64,000 nucleotides of DNA from an uncultured Flavobacteriaceae bacterium. GTDB lineage: Bacteria; Bacteroidota; Bacteroidia; Flavobacteriales; Flavobacteriaceae. Position 1 is the stretch's first letter. Each line of letters begins with the position of its first letter. This document shows, in pieces, positions 1 through 9,010 of this stretch. The DNA is taken from the NCBI GenBank assembly GCA_943789035.1, contig CALSSO010000007.1:109319-173318 (forward strand), written 5' to 3'. The notes under the pieces were generated by a model. That model searched no databases. It saw nothing but the letters and a program-made list of their open reading frames with translations, and was not told the DNA's origin. The position numbers and the translations under genes were made by a program.

Positions 1-1
1 T

Positions 2-1096
2 AAAATCAGTATTCTGACCATAGGACCTGGAACGTCCTTAAATGATGCTTTTGGACACACTGCAATTCGAATCAAAGACCCTATTTATAAATTTGATATT
101 GTGTTTGATTATGGACGGTATGATTTTGAAACCGAGAATTTTTATTTGAAATTTGCACAAGGAAAACTTAATTATGAAATCAATCAATCTGATTTCAATA
201 CCTTTTTTGGCTACTATCAGTACAATAATAGAAGCGTTAAAGAACAACTATTAAACCTAAGTACCGAACAAAAAACAGCCTTATATTATCAGTTAAAAGA
301 AGCCATAAAACCAGAGAATAAATCTTACCTCTATGATTTTTTCTATAACAACTGTGCTACGAAAATCAAGGACGACATTGAAAACATCCTTGACAACCAA
401 CTCGCCTATTATCCGAAATCAACATTTAAACAATTTTCATTCAGAAATTTAATTCGTTCCGATCTCAACCAAAATTCTTGGGGAAGTTTCGGTATTGATA
501 TTGCTTTGGGGTCAAAAATTGACCAAATTGCCAGTGTCGAAGAACATATGTTTTTGCCTAAATACTTGTATCAACTCCTAGAAAATGCACGTTTAAAAAC
601 CGACGATTCGAGACTCGTATCCACCTCAAAAACACTGAACCCTTCAGATGCAATCACAAAAACTAATTTTTTTAGCAGTCCACTTTTCATCCTAGGAATT
701 CTAGCACTCATCATGCTTTTTATCACCTATAACAATTACAAAAACAACAGCCGCAGCAAATGGCTCGACATTAGTTTATTTGCCTTTACAGGCGTTGTTG
801 GCGTTCTTTTATTGCTGCTCTGGTTTGCGACCGACCATCAGACCACAGCCTATAACTACAACCTTTTATGGGCCTTTGCTCTTAATGTTCTATTCATACC
901 TTCAATTTGTAAATCAAAACTCAACAATCGTGGACTGAGCTATCTAAAATTCCTTGTATTACTCATGTGTTTAATGGGATTGCATTGGATTACAGGCGTT
1001 CAATCCTTTGCCATTGGACTGATTCCTCTTCTCATTGCTATTCTTGTGCGGTATTTATTTTTAATTCATCATTTCAAAACCGCAATTCGTCTATAA
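2..1096 (+). CDS. DUF4105/Lnb-family lipoprotein N-acyltransferase-like membrane protein (5'-truncated by window)
   Basis: Frame is open from base 2 (KISILTIGPGTSLNDAFGHTAIRIKD...). Has FGH and YDFFYNNCATKI motifs (His/Cys dyad) and about 5 C-terminal TM helices. Confidence 0.8.
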   Translation, partial: KISILTIGPGTSLNDAFGHTAIRIKDPIYKFDIVFDYGRYDFETENFYLKFAQGKLNYEINQSDFNTFFGYYQYNNRSVKEQLLNLSTEQKTALYYQLKEAIKPENKSYLYDFFYNNCATKIKDDIENILDNQLAYYPKSTFKQFSFRNLIRSDLNQNSWGSFGIDIALGSKIDQIASVEEHMFLPKYLYQLLENARLKTDDSRLVSTSKTLNPSDAITKTNFFSSPLFILGILALIMLFITYNNYKNNSRSKWLDISLFAFTGVVGVLLLLLWFATDHQTTAYNYNLLWAFALNVLFIPSICKSKLNNRGLSYLKFLVLLMCLMGLHWITGVQSFAIGLIPLLIAILVRYLFLIHHFKTAIRL

Positions 1097-1123
1097 TTAT
1101 CCTTTCTTTGCAAAAACAAAATT

Positions 1124-2983
1124 TTGAATTACCTCAACGTAGAAAACATATCGAAGTCATACGGCGAACTTAATCTGTTCGAGAATCTTTCTTTCAGTAT
1201 TCATAAAGATCAAAAGATCGCTTTTGTGGCTAAAAACGGGACTGGTAAAACATCTATTTTAAATATCCTTTCAGGAAAAGACAGTCCAGATACGGGGCAA
1301 ATCATCTACCGAAAAGGACTGCGAACTACGTTTTTGTCACAAGAACCCGTTTTGGATCAAAACCTAACGATTGAGGAAACTATATTTAATTCAGACAACC
1401 CGATTTTAAAAGTCATAAATACCTACCACGCTGCACTCGAAAATCCAGACGATAGTAAACTCTATCAAACTGCATTTGATGATATGGAGCGCTATCAAGC
1501 TTGGGATTTTGAAACCCAGTACACACAAATACTTTTTAAGTTAAAACTTGAAAAATTAGACCAAAAAGTAAAGGAACTTTCTGGAGGTCAACAAAAACGT
1601 TTAGCCTTAGCCAACACACTGTTAAGTAAACCTGATTTACTTATTTTGGATGAGCCTACAAACCATTTGGATTTAGAAATGATTGAGTGGTTAGAATCGT
1701 TTTTTGCAAAGGAAAACATTACCTTATTTATGGTTACTCACGACCGGTATTTTTTGGAGCGTGTATGCTCAGAAATTATTGAGCTTGATGAAGGTTGTAT
1801 TTATAATTATAAAGGAAACTACTCCTACTACCTCGAGAAAAAAGAAGAGCGTATTGAGCGTGAAGCAATTGAAACCAATAAATCCAAACAGCTCTATAAA
1901 AAAGAACTCGGTTGGATGCGGCGACAGCCAAAAGCACGAACCACCAAATCGAAATCAAGAATTGATGATTTTTATGAAATAAAAGAGCGTGCCAGCAAAC
2001 GTCGAAATGATCATCAAGTTCAATTGGAAGTCAATATGGAGCGCTTGGGGACTAAGATTTTAGAACTCTATAAAGTTTCCAAAGCCTTTGAAGAAAAAGT
2101 CATTTTAGACCGGTTCGAATACGTGTTTCAACGGGGCGAACGCATTGGAATTATTGGAAAAAATGGCACTGGAAAATCGACGTTTCTAAACATGATTACG
2201 GGAGGACTAAAGCCCGATAGCGGTAAAATCATACAAGGAGAAACCATTAAATTTGGCTATTATACACAAGATGGTATCAAACCAAAACCAATGCAAAAGG
2301 TAATTGATGTGGTACGTGAATTTGGGGACTATATTCCTTTGATGAAAGGCAAGCAAATAAGTGCACAACAACTCCTTGAACGCTTTTTATTCAGCCGTAA
2401 AAAACAATACGATTTTGTAGAAAAACTCAGTGGTGGCGAAAGAAAACGCCTCTATTTGTGTACGGTTTTGATTCAAAACCCAAACTTTCTGATTCTCGAT
2501 GAACCAACCAATGATTTGGATATTGTCACTTTAAATGTTTTGGAAAACTTCTTACTTGATTTTCCAGGCTGTTTATTAGTCGTTTCACATGACCGTTATT
2601 TTATGGATAAAATTGTGGATCATTTATTTGTATTTCGTGGCGAAGGAGTTGTAGAAGATTTTCCGGGAAATTACTCCGATTTTAGAACTTATGAAGACAG
2701 TTCGCCAGTAGCGGCAGAACCAAAGAAAACAACACTCTCAAAGGCATCTAAAGACAGTCAATCCGAAGCGAAGTTAAATTTTAACGAACAAAAAGAGCTC
2801 AATAATTTGGAGAGTAAGTTGAAATCGCTTGAATTTGACAAAAAAGAAATGGAAGCAAAATTTTTTGTTCCAGAAATAGATATGGAAACTATAGAAATGC
2901 TTTCTGATCAATTAAAACGCTTAAACGAAGTGATTGAGGAAAAAGAAATGAGATGGCTAGAATTAAATGAAAAACTAAATTGA
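1124..2983 (+). CDS. ABC-F family ATP-binding protein (Uup-like)
   Basis: Two ABC domains (AKNGTGKT/GKNGTGKS, LSGG, LDEPTN), no TM segments, C-terminal coiled coil; TTG start. Confidence 0.92.
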   Translation: MNYLNVENISKSYGELNLFENLSFSIHKDQKIAFVAKNGTGKTSILNILSGKDSPDTGQIIYRKGLRTTFLSQEPVLDQNLTIEETIFNSDNPILKVINTYHAALENPDDSKLYQTAFDDMERYQAWDFETQYTQILFKLKLEKLDQKVKELSGGQQKRLALANTLLSKPDLLILDEPTNHLDLEMIEWLESFFAKENITLFMVTHDRYFLERVCSEIIELDEGCIYNYKGNYSYYLEKKEERIEREAIETNKSKQLYKKELGWMRRQPKARTTKSKSRIDDFYEIKERASKRRNDHQVQLEVNMERLGTKILELYKVSKAFEEKVILDRFEYVFQRGERIGIIGKNGTGKSTFLNMITGGLKPDSGKIIQGETIKFGYYTQDGIKPKPMQKVIDVVREFGDYIPLMKGKQISAQQLLERFLFSRKKQYDFVEKLSGGERKRLYLCTVLIQNPNFLILDEPTNDLDIVTLNVLENFLLDFPGCLLVVSHDRYFMDKIVDHLFVFRGEGVVEDFPGNYSDFRTYEDSSPVAAEPKKTTLSKASKDSQSEAKLNFNEQKELNNLESKLKSLEFDKKEMEAKFFVPEIDMETIEMLSDQLKRLNEVIEEKEMRWLELNEKLN

Positions 2984-3540
2984 ATCCACTAGTATCCTAT
3001 TTAAAATTTTGGTGGCACTCCAAAAACGAGCATGGCGTCCACTCCCCTTTTGTCTTTAATTTGATTACCAAGTGTTTTTATGACCGTTCAAATCACAGTG
3101 CCTACCAACAACTTTCTAAAAATAATTCAAACTCAAAATTTTTAGTTCGTTTAAGCGCTTATTTTAAATTTGACAACTGTTTTTTATCTGAAACCATTCA
3201 ACCAGAATTTGAACAAGCCTTCAATATAGAACAGCAAACAATTTCATTTAAAACAATTGAGGATCTAAAAAATCAAGAGTCTAAAATCTCAAAAACACCC
3301 AGTTTAATTTGTCTCGATTTAAACAAGGTTGAAGTACATTCTATCCCTAAAATACTTCAAATTTGTCACAAAGACTCCTTAATACTTATTCCTTCTATCA
3401 GAGGATCAAAAGACTCCTTTAATCATTGGAATCAATTAAAGTTGCGTTCAGAAGTCTCTGTGTCGATTGATACTTTTTATTGGGGATTGTTGTTTTTTAG
3501 AACCGAACAACCCAAAGAACATTTCACAATAAGGCTCTAA
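2980..3540 (+). CDS. Degenerate class I methyltransferase-like protein
   Basis: N-terminal HGVHSPFVF and C-terminal IDTFYWGLLFFRTEQPKEHF match a flavobacterial methyltransferase family as I recall it; no SAM-binding glycine motif visible. Confidence 0.6.
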   Translation: MNPLVSYLKFWWHSKNEHGVHSPFVFNLITKCFYDRSNHSAYQQLSKNNSNSKFLVRLSAYFKFDNCFLSETIQPEFEQAFNIEQQTISFKTIEDLKNQESKISKTPSLICLDLNKVEVHSIPKILQICHKDSLILIPSIRGSKDSFNHWNQLKLRSEVSVSIDTFYWGLLFFRTEQPKEHFTIRL

Positions 3541-3642
3541 TTTCTTGCGGATTGGAATATTACTACTAACTTTAGACCTCAAATTGACATAAGAAAACCT
3601 ATAATTAGCAATACCCCAGACGAAATAATTAAATAATTACAG

Positions 3643-4218
3643 ATGAAAATCTACACAAAAACAGGTGACAAAGGGACTACGGGGCTTGTAGGGGGCACAC
3701 GCCTACCAAAGCACAATCTGAGAATCGATTGTTACGGCACCATCGATGAATTGAACTCCTACCTCGGTTTGATCCGCGATCAGGAGATCTCAAAAGACCA
3801 TAAAACAACACTTCTAGAAATTCAAAACCAATTGTTTGTTATTGGGTCGCTTTTGGCAACAGATCCCGAGTTACTTAAGGATGAGACCAAAAGAAAACGC
3901 CTTGGAATCTCCTTTCTCAACCCGGAAGCAATTACATTTCTAGAAACAGAAATTGATGCGATGAATTGTGAGTTGCCTCCAATGACCCATTTCATTTTGC
4001 CGGGAGGCCATCCAACCGTGTCATTCTGTCATATTGCCCGTTGTATATGTCGTCGTGCTGAGAGAACAATCTCTAAACTAAGTGTCGAACAGCCCACGCA
4101 ACCCGAAGTATTAATCTATTTAAATCGCTTGTCGGACTTCATTTTTGTAATGGCACGAAAATTGTCTAAAGAGTTAAAGGTGGAGGAAATCAAATGGATT
4201 CCTAACAAACCTTCTTAA
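3643..4218 (+). CDS. pduO: Cob(I)alamin adenosyltransferase, PduO type
   Basis: KIYTKTGDKGTT, YGTIDELNS, FILPGG, RCICRRAER and YLNRLSD motifs. Confidence 0.93.
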   Translation: MKIYTKTGDKGTTGLVGGTRLPKHNLRIDCYGTIDELNSYLGLIRDQEISKDHKTTLLEIQNQLFVIGSLLATDPELLKDETKRKRLGISFLNPEAITFLETEIDAMNCELPPMTHFILPGGHPTVSFCHIARCICRRAERTISKLSVEQPTQPEVLIYLNRLSDFIFVMARKLSKELKVEEIKWIPNKPS

Positions 4219-4372
4219 AAAGGAGGTTATTAACACCTTTTCTGACCTAACTATTGTTTAGTTAATCAGATGCTATTGATACGTTCATAACTTTATTGAT
4301 GAAATAAATGCTTTTTTACTTGAATTTTTCAACTAAAAAATTATTTTTGCAAAAAATTAAACACTTCAACAA

Positions 4373-4594
4373 ATGTATTGGACATTAGAATTAGCCTCTT
4401 ACCTAAGTGACGCGCCTTGGCCAGCCACTAAAGATGAATTGATAGATTATTCTATAAGAACAGGAGCTCCTCTAGAAGTTGTGGAAAACCTTCAATCTAT
4501 TGAAGATGAAGGAGACTCCTATGACTCCATCCAAGAAATCTGGCCTGATTATCCATCAGATGAAGATTATCTTTGGAATGAAGATGAATATTAA
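4373..4594 (+). CDS. DUF2795 small acidic protein
   Basis: MYWTLELASYLSDAPWPATKDELIDY, conserved upstream of secA in Bacteroidota; TATTTTTG promoter at 4342-4349. Confidence 0.85.
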   Translation: MYWTLELASYLSDAPWPATKDELIDYSIRTGAPLEVVENLQSIEDEGDSYDSIQEIWPDYPSDEDYLWNEDEY

Positions 4595-4611
4595 AAACTC
4601 GAAAATTATTT

Positions 4612-4640
4612 AAAAAAGTCTCAAATGAGGCTTTTTTTTT
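4612..4640 (+). terminator. Intrinsic terminator
   Basis: AAAAAAGTCTCA-AA-TGAGGCTTTTTTTTT hairpin plus U-tract. Confidence 0.8.
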
Positions 4641-4673
4641 GCTTTATTTCACAAAGAAAATAACAACAAACTG

Positions 4674-4681
4674 TATCTTTG
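4674..4681 (+). promoter_or_regulatory. Bacteroidota -7 promoter element for secA
   Basis: TATCTTTG matches TAnnTTTG, about 40 nt before the ATG. Confidence 0.65.
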
Positions 4682-4722
4682 ACTGTCCATACATTTAAAG
4701 ATGATTAAAATAAAACCCTAAA

Positions 4723-7700
4723 ATGAGTTTACTGAATTCGGTACTAAAAGTATTTGTTGGAGATAAATCCAAACAAGACGTCAAGGCAATCATGCCGATC
4801 GTTGATAAGATAAAAACCTTTGAAGCCTCTACTTCTGCATTAAGTAATGATGCATTACGATCTAAAACACAAGAGTTTAAGTCTAGAATTTCGGAGGCTT
4901 GTGAAGCGCTTGAAAATTCAATTTCTGAATTATATACAGAAGCAGATACTACAGAAGACATCGACCGAAAAGAAGATATTTATCAAGAAATTGATGGCTT
5001 AAAAGATGACGTATATGCGAAAACACAAGAGGTTTTAGATGCCATTCTTCCAGAAGCTTTTTCGGTTATCAAAGAAACGGCCAGACGTTTTGTGGACAAC
5101 CCACAAATTGAAGTGACTGCAAGTCCTTATGATCGAGAACTCTCAGGCTCTAAAGACTATGTGACATTAAATGGCGAAAAAGCAATTTGGGCAAACTCTT
5201 GGGATGCCGCTGGAAAGCCAATTACTTGGGATATGGTGCATTACGACGTGCAGCTTATAGGAGGTGTGGCGATGCATCAAGGGAAAATAGCTGAAATGCA
5301 AACAGGAGAAGGAAAAACACTCGTAGCAACGCTCCCAGTCTATTTAAATGCGATTACAGGCAAAGGTGTTCACTTGGTTACCGTGAATGACTACTTAGCA
5401 AAACGTGACAGTGCTTGGATGGCACCTATTTTTCAGTTTCATGGATTGAGTATTGATTGTATTGATTACCACAAACCAAATTCTCAAGAACGAAAAAACG
5501 CCTACAATGCCGACATTACTTACGGAACCAATAATGAATTTGGATTTGATTACTTAAGAGATAATATGGCACATACGCCAGACGACCTTGTGCAACGTCC
5601 TCCCCATTATGCCATTGTAGATGAAATTGATTCTGTTTTAATTGATGACGCACGAACACCTTTGATTATTTCTGGTCCTATTCCTCAAGGCGATCGTCAT
5701 GAGTTTATGGAGTTGAAACCGAAAGTACAAGACATTGTTGGAGTGCAACGAAAATACCTTACAGGAGTTCTTGCAGAGGCTAAAAAATTGATTGCAGCTG
5801 GCGACACTAAAGAAGGTGGGTTTCAATTGTTGCGTGTTTTTAGAGGAATTCCAAAAAACAAAGCATTAATTAAATTTTTAAGTGAAGAAGGCATCAAACA
5901 ACTCCTTCAAAAAACGGAGAATTTTTATATGCAGGACAACAATAGAGAAATGCCCAAAGTGGATGAAGCCCTCTATTATGTAATTGATGAAAAAAATAAT
6001 CAGATTGAATTATCTGATAAAGGAGTTGATTATTTATCTGGAAAAGACAACCCTGACTTTTTTGTAATGCCCGAAATTGGCATGGAAATTTCAAAAATTG
6101 AAAACCAAAACCTCACACCTGAAAAAGAAGCCGAACTCAAAGAAGAACTATTTAGAGAGTTTGGAATCAAGTCGGAACGAATTCACACCCTCAATCAACT
6201 TTTAAAAGCCTATGCCCTCTTTGAAAAAGACATTCAATACGTGGTCATGGACAATAAAGTGATGATTGTTGATGAGCAAACTGGGCGTATTATGGACGGT
6301 CGTCGATACAGTGATGGACTGCATCAAGCGATTGAAGCCAAAGAAAATGTAAAAATTGAAGCCGCCACACAAACCTTTGCAACCGTTACCCTACAGAATT
6401 ACTTTAGAATGTACCGCAAGCTTTCTGGAATGACAGGAACAGCAGTGACCGAAGCAGGTGAATTTTGGGAAATCTATAAATTGGATGTCATCGAAATTCC
6501 AACCAACCGTCCCATTGCAAGAGATGACCGCGAAGATTTAGTATATAAAACCAAACGTGAAAAATACAATGCTGTTATTGAGGAAGTTACTAATTTATCC
6601 AAAGCAGGACGTCCTGTACTTATTGGAACTACCAATGTAGAAATTAGTGAGTTATTAGGGAAAATGTTGAGCATTCGTAAAATCCCTCACAACGTCTTAA
6701 ATGCGAAGTTGCATAAAAAAGAAGCCGATATTGTAGCGGAAGCTGGACAGCCCGGACAGGTGACCATTGCAACCAATATGGCGGGTCGTGGAACGGATAT
6801 CAAACTCTCCGAAGAAGTAAAAGCGGCAGGCGGATTGGCAATTGTAGGTACTGAGCGTCACGATTCTCGACGTGTGGACAGACAGTTACGTGGACGTGCG
6901 GGACGACAAGGAGATCCAGGAAGCTCACAATTTTATGTGTCTTTAGAAGACAACCTCATGCGGCTTTTTGGAAGCGAACGTATTGCCAAAATGATGGACC
7001 GTATGGGACTCGAAGAAGGAGAAGTAATTCAACACTCCATGATTTCAAAGTCCATTGAACGTGCACAGAAAAAAGTAGAAGAAAACCAGTTTGGAGTTCG
7101 TAAACGTCTTTTGGAATATGATGATGTGATGAATTCCCAGCGTGAAGTGGTTTACAAACGTCGCTACAATGCCTTATTTGGAGAACGTCTTCGTGTCGAT
7201 TTGGCAAATATGATTTATGACACCTCAGAAATTATTGTGGAAGACAACAAAGCCAATAATGATTATAAAAACTTTGAGTTTGAATTGATTCGTTATTTCT
7301 CAATGAGTTCACCTGTTACAGCAGATGAATTTGCAACAATGACAGCACAAGAGGTTTCTGGAACGGTTTACAAAACAGCCTTTCAACATTATATTTCCAA
7401 AATGGAACGCAATGCGGAATTGGCATTTCCAGTCATTCAAAATGTTTATGAAACTCAGCGTGATAAATTTAAGCGTATTGTGGTGCCTTTTACGGATGGT
7501 GTCAAATCACTACAAGTAGTAACCGATCTGGAAAAAGCCTATCAAACCAACGGAAAACAGTTGGTAACCGATTTTGAGAAAAATATTTCTTTAGCCATTA
7601 TTGACGATGCATGGAAGACGCATTTACGAAAAATGGACGAGTTGAAACAATCGGTGCAATTGGCAGTACACGAACAAAAAGATCCTCTATTGATTTATAA

Positions 7701-8076
7701 ATTTGAGTCGTTTGAACTGTTTAAGTCCATGATTGACCAAGTAAATAAAAACGTGATTTCTTTCTTATTTAAAGGCGAGATTCCACAAGAAACTGCCAAT
7801 GTCATTCAAGAGGCAAAAGCACGCCGCCGCGAAAAAACACAAACCTCAAAAGAAAACATCCAAAACCTAGACGAGCGTTCTGCAGAAGCTAGGGCAGCTG
7901 GGAACACCCAACGACAACCACAAGTGGTGGAAACGATAGTTAGAGACCAACCGAAAATTGGACGTAACGACCGTGTGACTATTAAGCATGTGATGAGTGG
8001 CGAAAAAAAGACTACAAAATTCAAGCAAGCGGAACCGCTCATTGCCAAAGGTGAATGGGTGCTGATTAATGAATAA
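4723..8076 (+). CDS. secA: Preprotein translocase ATPase SecA
   Basis: MQTGEGKT, VDEIDS, TNMAGRGTDI and QLRGRAGRQGDPG motifs. Confidence 0.99.
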   Translation: MSLLNSVLKVFVGDKSKQDVKAIMPIVDKIKTFEASTSALSNDALRSKTQEFKSRISEACEALENSISELYTEADTTEDIDRKEDIYQEIDGLKDDVYAKTQEVLDAILPEAFSVIKETARRFVDNPQIEVTASPYDRELSGSKDYVTLNGEKAIWANSWDAAGKPITWDMVHYDVQLIGGVAMHQGKIAEMQTGEGKTLVATLPVYLNAITGKGVHLVTVNDYLAKRDSAWMAPIFQFHGLSIDCIDYHKPNSQERKNAYNADITYGTNNEFGFDYLRDNMAHTPDDLVQRPPHYAIVDEIDSVLIDDARTPLIISGPIPQGDRHEFMELKPKVQDIVGVQRKYLTGVLAEAKKLIAAGDTKEGGFQLLRVFRGIPKNKALIKFLSEEGIKQLLQKTENFYMQDNNREMPKVDEALYYVIDEKNNQIELSDKGVDYLSGKDNPDFFVMPEIGMEISKIENQNLTPEKEAELKEELFREFGIKSERIHTLNQLLKAYALFEKDIQYVVMDNKVMIVDEQTGRIMDGRRYSDGLHQAIEAKENVKIEAATQTFATVTLQNYFRMYRKLSGMTGTAVTEAGEFWEIYKLDVIEIPTNRPIARDDREDLVYKTKREKYNAVIEEVTNLSKAGRPVLIGTTNVEISELLGKMLSIRKIPHNVLNAKLHKKEADIVAEAGQPGQVTIATNMAGRGTDIKLSEEVKAAGGLAIVGTERHDSRRVDRQLRGRAGRQGDPGSSQFYVSLEDNLMRLFGSERIAKMMDRMGLEEGEVIQHSMISKSIERAQKKVEENQFGVRKRLLEYDDVMNSQREVVYKRRYNALFGERLRVDLANMIYDTSEIIVEDNKANNDYKNFEFELIRYFSMSSPVTADEFATMTAQEVSGTVYKTAFQHYISKMERNAELAFPVIQNVYETQRDKFKRIVVPFTDGVKSLQVVTDLEKAYQTNGKQLVTDFEKNISLAIIDDAWKTHLRKMDELKQSVQLAVHEQKDPLLIYKFESFELFKSMIDQVNKNVISFLFKGEIPQETANVIQEAKARRREKTQTSKENIQNLDERSAEARAAGNTQRQPQVVETIVRDQPKIGRNDRVTIKHVMSGEKKTTKFKQAEPLIAKGEWVLINE

Positions 8077-8105
8077 AGAGCCTTTACTTGCAAAATTAAA
8101 CTGTT

Positions 8106-8143
8106 AAAATCACGTGTAGCTTTTGGATATACGTGATTTTTTT
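8106..8143 (+). terminator. Intrinsic terminator after secA
   Basis: AAAATCACGT...ACGTGATTTTTTT stem with U-tract. Confidence 0.7.
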
Positions 8144-8163
8144 ATAATTTTATATCAGATTTT

Positions 8164-8360
8164 GACCCCAAATCGAAGTCTTCAAAAAAAAACCAATTAT
8201 TCGAAAAGTAAGCTGTTAAGAAGCTTAAGGCGTCATTTCCTTGGATTTTTCTGTATTTATCCATGGGACTTGCGTAGCGGAGCTGTGGTTATGTGCTACA
8301 TCGTCCCGCTAAACCAAATTGCTTATGATTCGCAACTGACGGATATACTAAACCGTTACC
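8164..8360. repeat. Structured intergenic element (repeat-family remnant)
   Basis: GC-richer hairpin GGGAC..GTAGC...GCTAC..GTCCC (8265-8307); ends in GCAACT...ACCGTTACC; both ends resemble 63067-63291. Confidence 0.4.
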
Positions 8361-8475
8361 AAATTAACGACTGATATTCTTCACATCCCACAAAAAATAG
8401 AGCGTTGTATTTCAATTCCTTCTAACAACTAACCTCTATTCCCCCCCCCTTAACAACCTCCTAAAACTCAATTAA

Positions 8476-8538
8476 TACTATGCATGCATAACTTTTTTAC
8501 TTTTTACTATGCGTGCATAACATATTTACTTATCTTTG
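8476..8538 (+). promoter_or_regulatory. Tandem palindromic MarR operators plus -7 promoter
   Basis: TACTATGCATGCATAAC (8476-8492) and TACTATGCGTGCATAAC (8505-8521), then TATCTTTG (8531-8538). Confidence 0.75.
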
Positions 8539-8559
8539 GGTTAAGATATTAGAGAACTC

Positions 8560-8991
8560 ATGAAAGATAAAACAATAGACTATGTTTTGAGAACCACTTG
8601 GTTGGCAGTTCAAAAAATGTATAATGAAGAAGCTTCCGAATATGGAATAACAATGGCAACAGGATTCACACTCTTAAGTGTTGACCCACAAAATGGAACT
8701 CCTTCAACCTCGTTAGGTCCAAAAATGGGAATGGAAGCAACCAGTCTGTCAAGAATTTTAAAAACATTAGAAGACCTAAATTTAATAGAACGCCTACCAA
8801 ACCCAAATGATGGTCGTGGTGTGCTTATACACCTCACAAAATCGGGGATAAAAAATAGAGAAGAAGTAAAACAAAATGTTTTAAAATTTAACAATACTGT
8901 AAAATCAGAGGTTTCAGAAGAAAAACTAAACCACTTTTTTGAAGTTTCTGATTCTATCATGAACCTCATATCAAATAAAAAAATATTCTAA
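8560..8991 (+). CDS. MarR-family transcriptional regulator
   Basis: Winged HTH (TSLSRILKTLE...IERLPNPNDGR); heads the beta-oxidation operon. Confidence 0.92.
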   Translation: MKDKTIDYVLRTTWLAVQKMYNEEASEYGITMATGFTLLSVDPQNGTPSTSLGPKMGMEATSLSRILKTLEDLNLIERLPNPNDGRGVLIHLTKSGIKNREEVKQNVLKFNNTVKSEVSEEKLNHFFEVSDSIMNLISNKKIF

Positions 8992-9010
8992 CAACACTAT
9001 ATACACTTAG

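Noticed and set aside
4217-4270. Two hairpins after pduO as a cobalamin riboswitch
   Set aside because: Downstream of the gene with no B12-box; more likely a weak terminator.
8335-8360. Possible hammerhead ribozyme core (CTGACGGA)
   Set aside because: Does not match CUGANGA, and there is no correctly placed GAAA or three-stem junction.
8123-8374. 83-aa ORF after secA
   Set aside because: TTG start inside the secA terminator and no family resemblance; the region is better explained as a structured element.
8441-8449. C9 tract (also C8 at 63804-63811) as a phase-variation switch
   Set aside because: Outside coding sequence and not between promoter elements; nothing else supports it.
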